A DNA stretch of 64,000 nt from an uncultured bacterium (GTDB lineage Bacteria; CSSED10-310; CAZUFC01): positions 32,001 through 96,000 of the forward strand of contig CAZUFC010000005.1 in the NCBI GenBank assembly GCA_964619725.1, written 5' to 3'. Both the position numbers and the translations under genes were made by a program. Positions 20,801 through 30,800 of this stretch are shown here, piece after piece (the stretch's first letter is position 1; the number at the start of each line of letters is the position of its first letter). Under the pieces are notes generated by a model, which did not search any database, was not told the origin of the DNA, and saw only the letters and a program-made list of their open reading frames with translations.

Positions 20801-21031
20801 AGAAGGGTCACGCTTTTTTACAAAATGAAGGGCGCAGGCGATTTCAAACAGACGGGAATGGCCTATGTAATCGATTCGCGTTACTCTGCCGCCATATCCA
20901 GGAAAGAATTGAAGAGAGGAAAGCTCCAGTTTTACATAGAGGCGGAAGACGGCGGCGGAAACATCGCAAAGTCGCCGCTCCAGTCGATTGAACTGAAGGA
21001 GCCCTCACGTTTCGTTCCTCAAGCTTTTTAA
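17831..21031 (+). CDS. Membrane Ser/Thr protein kinase with zinc ribbons and TPR repeats
   Basis: Double zinc ribbon; LGRGGMS, AIK, HRDIKPDN, DFG, YMSPEQ; one TM helix; TPR arrays on both sides. Confidence 0.92.
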   Translation: MRTCPQCGYENPPGGEYCSRCGSSLAGSSDFDTEMININQPVYGNYCRKCGARNPDESLVCQSCGEHLGLDVKGGGITPSHFRDVSLRLRKLLEGHYEVLEELGRGGMSIVYKARDVLLDRPAAIKVLPIELSGDRKVVERFLREAKTAARLHHPNVVAVYSVRQMEELNFIIMQYIEGKTVNELIRESGELSLPDFFSITKEVCRALNAAHKLGIIHRDIKPDNIIVRPNGSAAVTDFGIARAVGRKRLVKAESMEGTAYYMSPEQVRGMADIRGDLYSLGVVAYKMLTGTVPFQGTALQEIGDKHLEEIPRIPRSINRDIPESVEDFILKALRKDAGDRYQSASEMLDALIAVEKAHTVRTAEPVEVSEESEETRYQVERLMEAACGALSEDRLEEGILLLQKILFLQPEHENAGLLIDDAESRIKERRFFRQMFDQADKKVKDQEYEVALKFIERILEMDPKHATALRRRAEIKEMIGQEGVREVSEHTPVESVEAVDKPDRSVDQKERTYVCADLNTGPKEAVLEKTVIDDFEEDFGEQTVMAQHKKGEEPGSESRFRSLGEYEDTAGTGTSFLTGKLNRRHLAIILIVLGIAATGLAYYIHNVFQVREEAQRLLDEGILAFNAGRYEESAGLMDQVLELQPQWQEAERYKQQAVLRRQAVEKQREIQEKIDSLLKQAKTYFQQSEYDRAKNVFNLILKEDPYNEEAKRYINLIDFESDKIEKEKEAVVLAEAASGFISRNRFKEAENTIQKIEVLDADHPEIAGLKRQLRNKRYRVWEEGQKKNRIDELWKQAQKDYQNKEYQAVISGLNELLEQDGSNQEAKELLTTVQNILQQQQKAIEKESRVDRLMSEAESYMQQEDAERAITALNNILELEPGHSEALSLLDTAKELQEEQLHEEKINSMLSEVNALFADKNYEEAMEKIEEAYKQYPHSRKVRALRASIKKALTSIDRTPPVVTIDVSNKISLADDVTLEADITDESAVRRVTLFYKMKGAGDFKQTGMAYVIDSRYSAAISRKELKRGKLQFYIEAEDGGGNIAKSPLQSIELKEPSRFVPQAF

Positions 21032-21136
21032 AACGCTGTTCCCCAGGCCGCTGACCATCCATCGCAGAAGAAAAGAAATTTCTCTTTTTCATCAAAATGT
21101 ATTATAATTAGTTCGGCATGATAAGGAGGTAAACCA

Positions 21137-21499
21137 ATGAAAAGAGCATCTTTATTTATAGCTTGCGTTTTCCTGTTCGGAACGGTTTTTCTATCTCTGA
21201 TGGGCGTCGTCGATTCCGCTGGAAAGGCAAAAATTTCTGCAGGCAGGACGCTTGAAGGCAAGGTAGTGAAATCAACGGCGAAATATTTCAAAATTAGAGA
21301 CAATAACGGAAAATTGTTCAGATTCGATGTGGACCGGAATACTGAGTTTTTGATCGGAGATAAGTCTGTTAAGACGATCAAGGCGAAAAAAGGTGAAGAG
21401 GTAAAGATCAGTTACGTAGAGGAAGGCGGAAAGTTAAAAGCCAAAAGGGTCAATTTCCCCAAGCGAGTGATGCAGCAGTTCAAACCGGATGGGAAGTAG
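21137..21499 (+). CDS. Small basic exported protein (OB-fold/DUF5666-like)
   Basis: AGGAGG RBS; N-terminal hydrophobic segment; EGKVV...KGEEVKISY...AKRV pattern. Confidence 0.65.
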   Translation: MKRASLFIACVFLFGTVFLSLMGVVDSAGKAKISAGRTLEGKVVKSTAKYFKIRDNNGKLFRFDVDRNTEFLIGDKSVKTIKAKKGEEVKISYVEEGGKLKAKRVNFPKRVMQQFKPDGK

Positions 21500-21695
21500 C
21501 GGGATAATCGATTTTTTTGCGGGATTATTCAGCATTCAGAGAAGCAGACATTTTTTGTAAGGAATTTCATAAAATTAGTGGGAGCGCCTGTCCATCAGCA
21601 AGATTTTAATCGACATTCGAGCCGTCAAATATTTTAATAAAAAACGTCGTCCCGGTTTGATCAGTCTCGAGATTTAATATAGAGAACGACGAAGG

Positions 21696-21880
21696 TTAGC
21701 CCGCATTTCTCATGCAAAACCTATTACGGGCGTCCATATCCCCACACCTTCAAGCGCTGCTCCCTACGGACCAGCTCAGCGTAGCGCTGCCATGTTTCCG
21801 CGGTCCCCTAGTCCGCCGCGCCTGAATCTGCGGGAATCTGAATGCTCTCACTGCGATTTTGTATGAGAAATCCGGGTCAG
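21696..21880. mobile_element. MITE-like element, TIR family B (TAGCCCG.ATTTCTCAT.CAAAA)
   Basis: CCCGCATTTCTCATGCAAAA (21700) versus TTTTGTATGAGAAATCCGGG (21857-21876); related short copy at 62660-62720. Confidence 0.65.
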
Positions 21881-22095
21881 CGCCTGTACCGTCTTTATAC
21901 ATAAATGAGTTTTGCTGATCGGAATTGCTTTTTCGTTATTGATTAATTAATATGCAAATAACCGTCAGGGATGTGAGCTGAAAGGTTCAGCGCCTCCGAA
22001 TGCGGTATCGAGATTATGAGGCTTTTATAGAAAAGTATATGCGGGCATTTTGTTTTGTTCCAGATTAAGGCATTAATATCAAGGGAGAAGGCGTC

Positions 22096-23439
22096 ATGAG
22101 GTTAAGACACATTTTGAACGTATTGATGGGAATTTTAACGACGTGTGCGGTTTGGGGCGAGATACCTCATCAGATTAATTATCAGGGATATTTGACGGAC
22201 GATCAGGGTAACCCATTAGACGGTCATTATGATTTAGTATTCCGGATTTATGATGAAGAGACCGGGGGCAATCTGCTTTGGAGTGAAACCCGTGAGAATG
22301 TTGAGGCGGAGCAGGGAGTATTGAGCGTAACAATGGGAGAAGTCACTCCAATTGAAGTGATTTTTGACGGAGTTTATTGGCTTGCAATTGAGGTTAATCA
22401 GGAAATATTAACTCCCCGGCAACAATTGACGAGTATCGGGCAGGCATATAATGCAGAAGATGTTTATGATCAAGATATTCATCCGCGCAGCATCAGCATA
22501 GAGGGGATAGGCACGGTGGTGAATGACCAGGGAAAATGGGTAGGAGACCCGGCAGGACTGACGGGACCAACCGGTCCTGCTGGTCCTCAGGGTGAAACGG
22601 GACCGGCAGGTCCGTCTGGCGCTGCGGGAGCGACGGGTCCTCAGGGTGAAACAGGACCGACCGGTCCGGGCAGTGTGATATGGGAAGAAAATGGCGATGA
22701 CATTTTCTACAAGAGCGGAAACGTGGGCATAGGCAATTCAGACCCGGATTACGACCTGGATATTGCCGGAAACGTGAATTTCAGCGGAGAACTGTATCAG
22801 AATGGAACCCCTTATGCAGGCGCTGCGAACGATCTGGTATGGTTTTCCACATTTTTCGAGGGTGCGTGCTGCTCGCCGTCCCGTTTTTCTATGACATATT
22901 CGGGACAGACCATTTCCTGCAACAGTTACGGGGTATCCATCGGCGGATCAAGCAATGGTTGGGCGTGTTTAAAACTGGCATCCTGGATATCTTTTCCTCA
23001 TTTTACGCCTTGAACGGAATACGCCATTCAGTTTCATGCCCAGGACCCTCAATCCGACAACGAAGGCAGCGCGTACCTGGGAGTAGGCATTATTAATGTG
23101 GATAGCGCATCGCACGATTTTACCGATTCTCATATCGGCGTTAAAATCATCTGGGACGATGAAGGGGCGAGAACATATGCAACCATAGCAAACGGGACCG
23201 CTGAATCCGAAGCGCTAATTTCAGGCAGTACGAATCAGACAAGACGAATACGCATAAAGGTTAAAAGCGATGCTGTTGAGTTTTACGATAGAGGAGTCCT
23301 TGTTGCCGAGATAACTACCAATATCCCGGATAATGCTGCCTACGGCAGTATTTTTCAGGCATCGACGCAGAGGAGTTCCGGCGGCAGCCGCACGACGATT
23401 TACCTCGACAGCTTTGCCATAGCCCGACCGGATTTATAA
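22096..23439 (+). pseudogene. Secreted INYQG-type, collagen-repeat fibre/adhesin-like gene interrupted by one in-frame TGA
   Basis: Signal peptide, INYQGYLTDDQGNP N-domain, Gly-X-Y run, GNVGIG motif; TGA at 23011-23013 followed by an open same-frame continuation to TAA at 23439. Confidence 0.6.
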
Positions 23440-23837
23440 TTTTCGGAAATCGCCGGCGATTAGATTCAGTATCCTGAGAGAACCGGAGCTTTGAGAGATT
23501 GCTGCTGCGGTAACTGCAGGAGATATAACCTGATCAAAAGAAGGACGCCGTCGATAGGACAAGTCTATCCTCGCGTAATGCGTTGAATATGCGGACCGGT
23601 TTTTGGATTCGGGCAGCATGCAACCCGTAGCGCTATGTCCGCGTTTGCGTTACGGTTTATTTTGAAAGAGGAATTTCAGGAAAGCATGGAGCAACGTTAC
23701 ATCATAGGGAGTCGAATTTTCCGGGGAATATTCGGCCGTCACAAGAACATTAACCGGCAACAAATAATTGACTTATGAGTTCGTTTTCAATAATAAAGGA
23801 AGCGGCGAATTTTCACTTGCGAAAGGAGTTGTAAAGG

Positions 23838-26800
23838 GTGAAAGAATTAGACGGGTTGATGTTTGGGATTTTGTTTGCGATTATTTTAATTTCAACATCT
23901 ATGGCCGGAGGATATGTTCCGGAATTTCCTGAGATAAAAGAAAAGATCATAAGAATAGAGATTGAGGACAAAGAGAAGGCGCGTGATAAGTTACGACCGA
24001 TGCATTTGGTTATTGAGGAGTTAACGGAATCGACGATACGCTTACGGGCGAATGAGCATCAGTTGGAAAAGCTGAAGGCGCTGGGATATAAGATTGAAGT
24101 ATTATGGGAGGATGCCAGGGATCGTGCGGCATACCGTAAGGCTTTGATGCAGTCGGACGATCGTTGGACGTCTTACGACAACCTTGTTTCCTTTATGCAG
24201 ACGACGGCGACGACTTATTCGGACATCTGCCGGTTGTATGAGATCGGGACGAGCGTTCAGGGGCGGACCATATATGTGATGGAGATAACGGACGAGCCGG
24301 ATTATGACGATCCTGCGGAAGCGGAGGTGCGGCTGATAGGCAACATACACGGCGACGAGTATATGTCTCTGGAATTGATGCGCCTGATGATAGAATATCT
24401 GACGGTGAATTATGACAGTGATCCAACGGTGACTGATCTGGTGAACAATCGTGAGATATGGATACAGGCATCGGTGAATCCCGACGGTCATGAGAACGGA
24501 TCGCGTTATAACGCTCACGGGGTGGATTTAAACAGGAATCATGGATACTGCTGGAATTACGGAGGCAGCGGACCTTTTTCCGAGGTTGAACTGCATCATT
24601 TTCGGTCTTACAGCCTGGAACGCAATTTTACGTTATCCTTGTCATATCACGGAGAAACGACCTACATTAATTACGTCTGGAATTTTAGTCCGAACCCGAC
24701 GCCTGATGAGCCGATGATCGATGATTTATCGTATGGGTATCAGTCTTTTCAGTTTGATCCATATGAGGTAGTAGCGGGATGGGACTGGTATCAGACGAAC
24801 GGTGACACGAACGACTGGAGTTACGGTTGCCGTGGAGATATAGACTGGACGATTGAGACGCCGGGATACAGCCAGGGAGCGATTGAGACGGATTGGAACA
24901 ACAACCGCGATTCCATGCTTTACATCATGGAGCAGGCGCAATACGGAATGATGGGCGTAGTGACCGATGGGACGACGGGCGACCCTCTGGAAGCGATAGT
25001 AACGGTGCTGGAGCATCCCTGGCCGGTATACACGGACCCGGAAGCGGGCGATTATCATCGCTGTCTTCAGGGAGGAACTTACGATATACGGGTATGGGCA
25101 AACGGTTATTCGTCGACGGTGGTAACGGACATAGAGGTTCCCGACCAGGGTACCGGGGTCCAGGACGTTCAACTGACCCGCAATTTCACCAATCATGCGA
25201 TGCATGTATGCTGGTACGAGGTGACGGATTATTACACGTATAATTATGACAATGAGGCCTATCCGCATCTGGCGTTAGGTCCTCCGGATGAAGAGCCCTG
25301 TTCTCTGGGCAAGGGCTGCGATCTGGCTCTGGACATGGGAGAGGGATTTGAGATAGTCGACGGTGTAGGCGATGATTTCACGGTGATTGAAGCGGACGTA
25401 GGCGACGGCGATGAAGGATATACCCTGTATGCCGGCGAGGGATTCCTTGGGCCGTGGACCATGATCGCTGAAGGCAGCGGGACTCAGGCGTTCGACCTGA
25501 GCGGCACGGGTGTTAACAATATCCGGTATTTACGTTTTTTAGACGATAATGACGGCAGCGCTTCTGGTTCACATCCCGGTTTCGACCTGGATGCGGTCAG
25601 CACGATAGAGCCGGTTCCCGGCTGCGGCATATTGGAATTGGATAAGACGGTTTATGACTGTTCTGAGCTGATGGGCATAACGCTTGTGGATGAAGATTTA
25701 AATAATGATCCGGGCGTCATCGAAACCGTCGATGTGGTCGTATGGAGCGACAGCGACGGTCCGAAAACAGTTGAAATGACGGAAATATCCGCGGATTCGG
25801 AGCAGTTTGAGGGCGGCATTCAACTCAGCGAAACGGAGTCCGGACCGGGGTACCTGATGGTGGACCGCAACGACGTCATAACCGGTCTTTATAATGATGC
25901 CGATTGCCAGGGCGAACCTTATGAAGCTTACGATTATGCGACGGCAATGTGCCCGGACCCGGACCTTTATTATTTAGGGCATTCGATAGACGATTCTTCT
26001 GGGAACGACGACGGAATCGCAGACCCGGGAGAATCCATTAAACTGACGATTACGCTGGAAAACGCCGGAGAACAGACGGCTGAACAGGTTCATGGAATTC
26101 TGAGCAGCGAAAACGAATATATAACCGTTACATTGAGCGAGGCGGATTTTGAGGATATCCCTGCGGGCGAGACGGGCGATTCGATTGCGCCTCATTTCAC
26201 TTTCGACGTGTCGGAAGAAGCGCCGGTGGGAACTCTGGTCGAATTCACATTAGCCCTGGAAGCTTTCGATTTCGGCGGGGCTGATGAAAACTTCAGCATC
26301 GGCATAGGCGCTCAACCCGCTCTGGTCATTGACGACGGCGGAGGAGGCAGTCCCGGCGAAATAGCGGACGTTCTGTCGAACAATGGATTTGTGGTGACCG
26401 AAGAATCAGCGGCATCTACCGAACCCGCGGAATGGCCGTCTTACGGATTCATCGTGTGGAGTTCCGGCGGCAACAGCGAACCGATAGACAATTCCACGTG
26501 GCGGTCGAATCTGGAAAGTTATGTTGCCGGAGGCGGAAAGCTGCTTATTGAAGGCGGCGAGATATGTTATGATTTTTATTATAGCGATCCCGGTTTTCTG
26601 GAAGATGTGTGTCATGTCGACGACTGGAATTCAGACAGTTCAGGCGATCTAAGTCTGCAGGCAACCGATCATCCCCTGGCGAACAATCCTTACGACCTTC
26701 CGTCAGTCATAGATCATACATACGGAAGTTATTACGATGAGGATGCCTGCGACGTCACGTCTGACGCTGTCATTGTTTACGGTTGGACATCAGCGACGGG

Positions 26801-27647
26801 CGGCGGAGTCATCGCTTACGATGATGATACGGACCCGGGAAACGGCGGTCAGACGGTGTTTTATTCCTTTACCGCTGAAGATATTTCGGATCAGGACGAG
26901 CGCACTCACCTGATCGTAAACACGGCAAGATGGCTGTCCGGGACTGGCAGCGCCGTTCCAACCGCAACGCCGACGATAAGTCCCACCAGAACGCCGACAA
27001 GCACTCCCACGCAATATTACACATTCACCCCTACGCTGACCCCGACGATTTCGCCTACTTCGCCGCCGACGTTTACTCCCACACTCACGCCGACGCCGAC
27101 GTTTACATGGTCGCCCACCGCCACATCGACCTGTTCTCCCACCATACCGCCAACCGATACTCCGTCAAGCACGCCGACTTATACACCTACAGGTGACCCA
27201 ACGGATATTCCCACGGAAATACCGACCGAAATACCCACTTGCATCCCTACGATGACTCCTTCCGTCAATCCCTCCATCACTCCTACCGCGCCGCCGCATC
27301 ACGTCAGCGTTACCATTGAAACCAATTTACCTTACTACGCCGCCTGGGACCATTTCATTCTCTCCCTCCGGCTTGAAAACAATGCAGATACTATCGATGT
27401 AGACCTGTTCATCATACTTGACATATTGCAGAATTACTGGTTCTATCCTGATTGGGGTATGACTCCGAACTGGGAAAGAAGGCAATTGGATACTTTTGAG
27501 TTAATAGAAGAAAATATACTTGATTTCTGGTGGCCGACCGGAGCGGGTTCGGCTGAAAACCTTGTTTTCTGGGCGGCATGCCTCGGACCGGACGGAATTG
27601 AACTGGCATCCAATATTTCTTCGACCTCTTTTTCTTATGGACCTTAA
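23838..27647 (+). CDS. Secreted M14 zinc carboxypeptidase, multidomain, with PT linker and shared CTD
   Basis: HGDE, NPDG, RYNAHGVDLNRN, LSYHG, TIE motifs; PT-rich stalk; CTD ILDILQNYWFYPDW...FWWP. Confidence 0.9.
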   Translation: MKELDGLMFGILFAIILISTSMAGGYVPEFPEIKEKIIRIEIEDKEKARDKLRPMHLVIEELTESTIRLRANEHQLEKLKALGYKIEVLWEDARDRAAYRKALMQSDDRWTSYDNLVSFMQTTATTYSDICRLYEIGTSVQGRTIYVMEITDEPDYDDPAEAEVRLIGNIHGDEYMSLELMRLMIEYLTVNYDSDPTVTDLVNNREIWIQASVNPDGHENGSRYNAHGVDLNRNHGYCWNYGGSGPFSEVELHHFRSYSLERNFTLSLSYHGETTYINYVWNFSPNPTPDEPMIDDLSYGYQSFQFDPYEVVAGWDWYQTNGDTNDWSYGCRGDIDWTIETPGYSQGAIETDWNNNRDSMLYIMEQAQYGMMGVVTDGTTGDPLEAIVTVLEHPWPVYTDPEAGDYHRCLQGGTYDIRVWANGYSSTVVTDIEVPDQGTGVQDVQLTRNFTNHAMHVCWYEVTDYYTYNYDNEAYPHLALGPPDEEPCSLGKGCDLALDMGEGFEIVDGVGDDFTVIEADVGDGDEGYTLYAGEGFLGPWTMIAEGSGTQAFDLSGTGVNNIRYLRFLDDNDGSASGSHPGFDLDAVSTIEPVPGCGILELDKTVYDCSELMGITLVDEDLNNDPGVIETVDVVVWSDSDGPKTVEMTEISADSEQFEGGIQLSETESGPGYLMVDRNDVITGLYNDADCQGEPYEAYDYATAMCPDPDLYYLGHSIDDSSGNDDGIADPGESIKLTITLENAGEQTAEQVHGILSSENEYITVTLSEADFEDIPAGETGDSIAPHFTFDVSEEAPVGTLVEFTLALEAFDFGGADENFSIGIGAQPALVIDDGGGGSPGEIADVLSNNGFVVTEESAASTEPAEWPSYGFIVWSSGGNSEPIDNSTWRSNLESYVAGGGKLLIEGGEICYDFYYSDPGFLEDVCHVDDWNSDSSGDLSLQATDHPLANNPYDLPSVIDHTYGSYYDEDACDVTSDAVIVYGWTSATGGGVIAYDDDTDPGNGGQTVFYSFTAEDISDQDERTHLIVNTARWLSGTGSAVPTATPTISPTRTPTSTPTQYYTFTPTLTPTISPTSPPTFTPTLTPTPTFTWSPTATSTCSPTIPPTDTPSSTPTYTPTGDPTDIPTEIPTEIPTCIPTMTPSVNPSITPTAPPHHVSVTIETNLPYYAAWDHFILSLRLENNADTIDVDLFIILDILQNYWFYPDWGMTPNWERRQLDTFELIEENILDFWWPTGAGSAENLVFWAACLGPDGIELASNISSTSFSYGP

Positions 27648-27825
27648 GTTGAAATAATGCGTCCGGCTTGCCGGGTTTCAGTAAAGAAGCAACAGGCAGA
27701 GTCATCCCGGAATAAAGCAATGAAAGAGAATCAAAAAAAACAGGAACATTTATCAGCAAAATGTTCTTTAATTCAATTAATTATAACGGCTGTAGAACTG
27801 TTTAACTCCCTGTAAAGGAGGGACT

Positions 27826-30800
27826 ATGAGTAATGTATCGTTTTTGAAGCCCGTTCTTTGTTTTATGATTGTTTTAGGCGTTTTGGCGTCCGGTGCGATC
27901 GTTTACGGGGGGCAGGCTAACTGGTACGGTTTCGGGAAGGATGCGGCAGCTCCTGAATCCCCGGCTGTGTCTGTTCTTAACTCAAACTATAATGGGGCTG
28001 CGTTTGAATTGTCCTTTTCCGGATTCGCCTATCAGGAAACGTGGATCAAGAACGACCGGTTTCTTGAAATTGAGATGCCGGGACTGGGACAAACTGGTGA
28101 GATAGGAGTCCCCCGGATGCCGGCGTATCGCCGTTTCGTTGAGCTGCCTTATTGCAGCAGCGTAAAGGTTGAGGTTGAGATACTGGAACGGGGGGAAGTA
28201 ATGTTGCCCGAACTGGGTTACGATCTGGAACCGGTTCCTGTTCAGCCGCCTGTAGACAAGGTTCCCGGCGCATATGAAAACATGGAACTCCATTACAATC
28301 CCAAGGTTTATTCTCAAAGCGGCGTTTTGTTTCCTCTGACCGCTCGTCTGGGCAAGGCGGCGCATGCCAGGGGTCACCGGGTGGCGCTTCTGGAAGTCTT
28401 TCCGATGACTTACGATCCTGCAGAACAAATTCTCAAATACGCTAAAAAGGTACGAGTAACCTTGAATTACGAGGGAGTAAACGTATCGAAGACGCGGCGT
28501 ATTCTGGAGAGATATCAGGATCGTCTTTTCGACAGGCTGGTTTCCAGTTTCGTGATTAATCCCGGCAGCTTGACGGGGACCAAAGATTATCCTCCAGCAG
28601 CGCCTCCTTCGATGCTGATAATCGTTCATGATGACCTGGAATCTTCCATCGGACCCTTCGCATCCTGGAAGCAGATGATCGGTTATGACGTGACGGTGGC
28701 GAACACGACGGAGACGGGAACGAGCGCGCAGAACATCAAGGATTATATCTATACTGCGTTTACGACCTGGCCCAATCCTCCGGTATACGTTCTTCTGGTA
28801 GGCGATACGGGATTCATCCCCGCCTGGGACGGGCCTCACAGTTACTCGGAAACCGACATAAACTACAGTCTGCTGGTGGATGACGATTATCTGCCTGACG
28901 TATCTTTAGGCCGCTGGCCGGTGGATACGACGGCTGACCTGGATATTGTGATTGAAAAGACGATGGCTTACGGGCAGGTCAATGTTCCGGATACGACCTT
29001 CTACGGTCATGGCGTTTTTATCGCTTCTTCCGATTGGGGACAATTAGCTGAACAAACCCACAATTATGTGATAGACAATTATCTGGAACCTGACGGACAT
29101 ACGGCGCACAAGGTGTATGAGGCGTCGGGAGGAAGCACGAGCGACATAATCGAGAATCTGAACGACGGCATGTCCTGGTGCGTTTATTCCGGTCACGGCA
29201 GTCCTTCGGGCTGGGGTTGCGTGCCTTTCTATCAGACAAATATCCGAAATGATCTGATGAATGAAAACGAGTACCCGCTAGTCAGCTCGCACGCCTGTTC
29301 AACCAACACCTACGAAGACGATGAATGTTTCGGCGAAACCTGGTTGATTGAAGAAGACAAGGGAGGGATAGGATTCTGGGGCGCTTCAAGCGGTACGCAG
29401 TGGGATGAGGACGACATTATTGAGAAAGGTCAGTTCCGGGGATTAGTCGAAGATAAATTATATGCATTCGCGATGACTACGGATTACGGAAAATATGATC
29501 TTGTGATCGAATACGGTTGGGCGAGCAACGTATATGACTATTACGACAAATACGTGGTACATGGCGATCCGTCCATTGATCCGTTTACTCATATTCCGAC
29601 CGAACTGAACGTGACTCACGATCCGACTGCTCCCGTAGGCGAAGTTGATTTTTCCGTGCATGTGGAAACGGGCGGAGAAGCCGTAGAGAGCGCGCTGGTG
29701 AACCTGGTTATGGATGATGAGGTCCTCGGCGTTGGTTATACGGACTCTTCGGGAGACCTGACTCTGACGATTCATCCGGAAATAGCGGGTGAAATGGACG
29801 TCATAGTGACCGCTCACAACACGGAACCCTATTATGGAATGGTAACCGTAGCCGCTCAGGGTTGCGGAATAATCGTCATGGATTCTGATCTTTATCATTG
29901 TTCGGCAACTGTGGAAATCCATGTTTGGGACACTGACCTGAACATTGATCCGGGCGTTGCGGATACTGCAGAAATAGATATGTCCAGCGATACGGAACCC
30001 ACGCCTGAAGTCGTCGTCATAACCGAAACAGGCGCGGATACCAATGAATTCGTGGGAACGATCGAACTTTCTGAGACGCAGGGCGGAGTCGGTTATCTTA
30101 TGGTATCGCATGAGGATACGGTTACGGCTCATTATCATGACGAGGATTGTGACGGTGTGCCGGTCGACGTTTATGATGAGGCGACTACGGATTGCGTGGG
30201 TCCCGTCATTAGCGGCGTGAGTTTTTCAGGCGTCCTGGACACGACGGCTACAATTAATTGGACCACGGATGAGGCGTCTGACAGCGTAGTTTATTACGGA
30301 TTAGACACGCCGCCGACGGAAAGCGCGGCCGATACCGCCATGGTGACCGAGCATTCGATAGTCCTGGAAGGGCTGGAACAGTGTTCCAAATACTATTTCT
30401 ACGTAGCTTCATCAGATGCATCCGGCAATACGGCCATTGATGATAACAGTGGAGAATATTATTTCTTCAACACGCTGGGCAATTTCGTTTTGCTGGAAGA
30501 GAATATGGACAGCGATCCCGGCTGGACCATCAGCGGCGGCGACTGGGAATTCGGAACGCCGACGGGTCAGGGCGGAGAACACGGCGATCCCGATCCTACG
30601 TCCGGATATACGGGAGACAATGTTTACGGATATAATCTCGAAGGCGATTATGGGAACAATATGGCGGTTTATCATTTGACGTCTCCTCCGTTGGACTGCT
30701 CGAATGCTGCGGGAACGACCCTGACGTTTTGGCGCTGGCTGGGAGTCGAATCGCCCAGTTACGATCATGCGGTAATTTCCGTATCCAACGACGGAACCAC

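Noticed and set aside
23011-23013. Genome-wide TGA recoding or selenoprotein
   Set aside because: TGA clearly ends other genes (ATGA overlaps at 2059-2062 and 39035-39038); no redox motif or canonical SECIS; Hdr and MvhD use Cys
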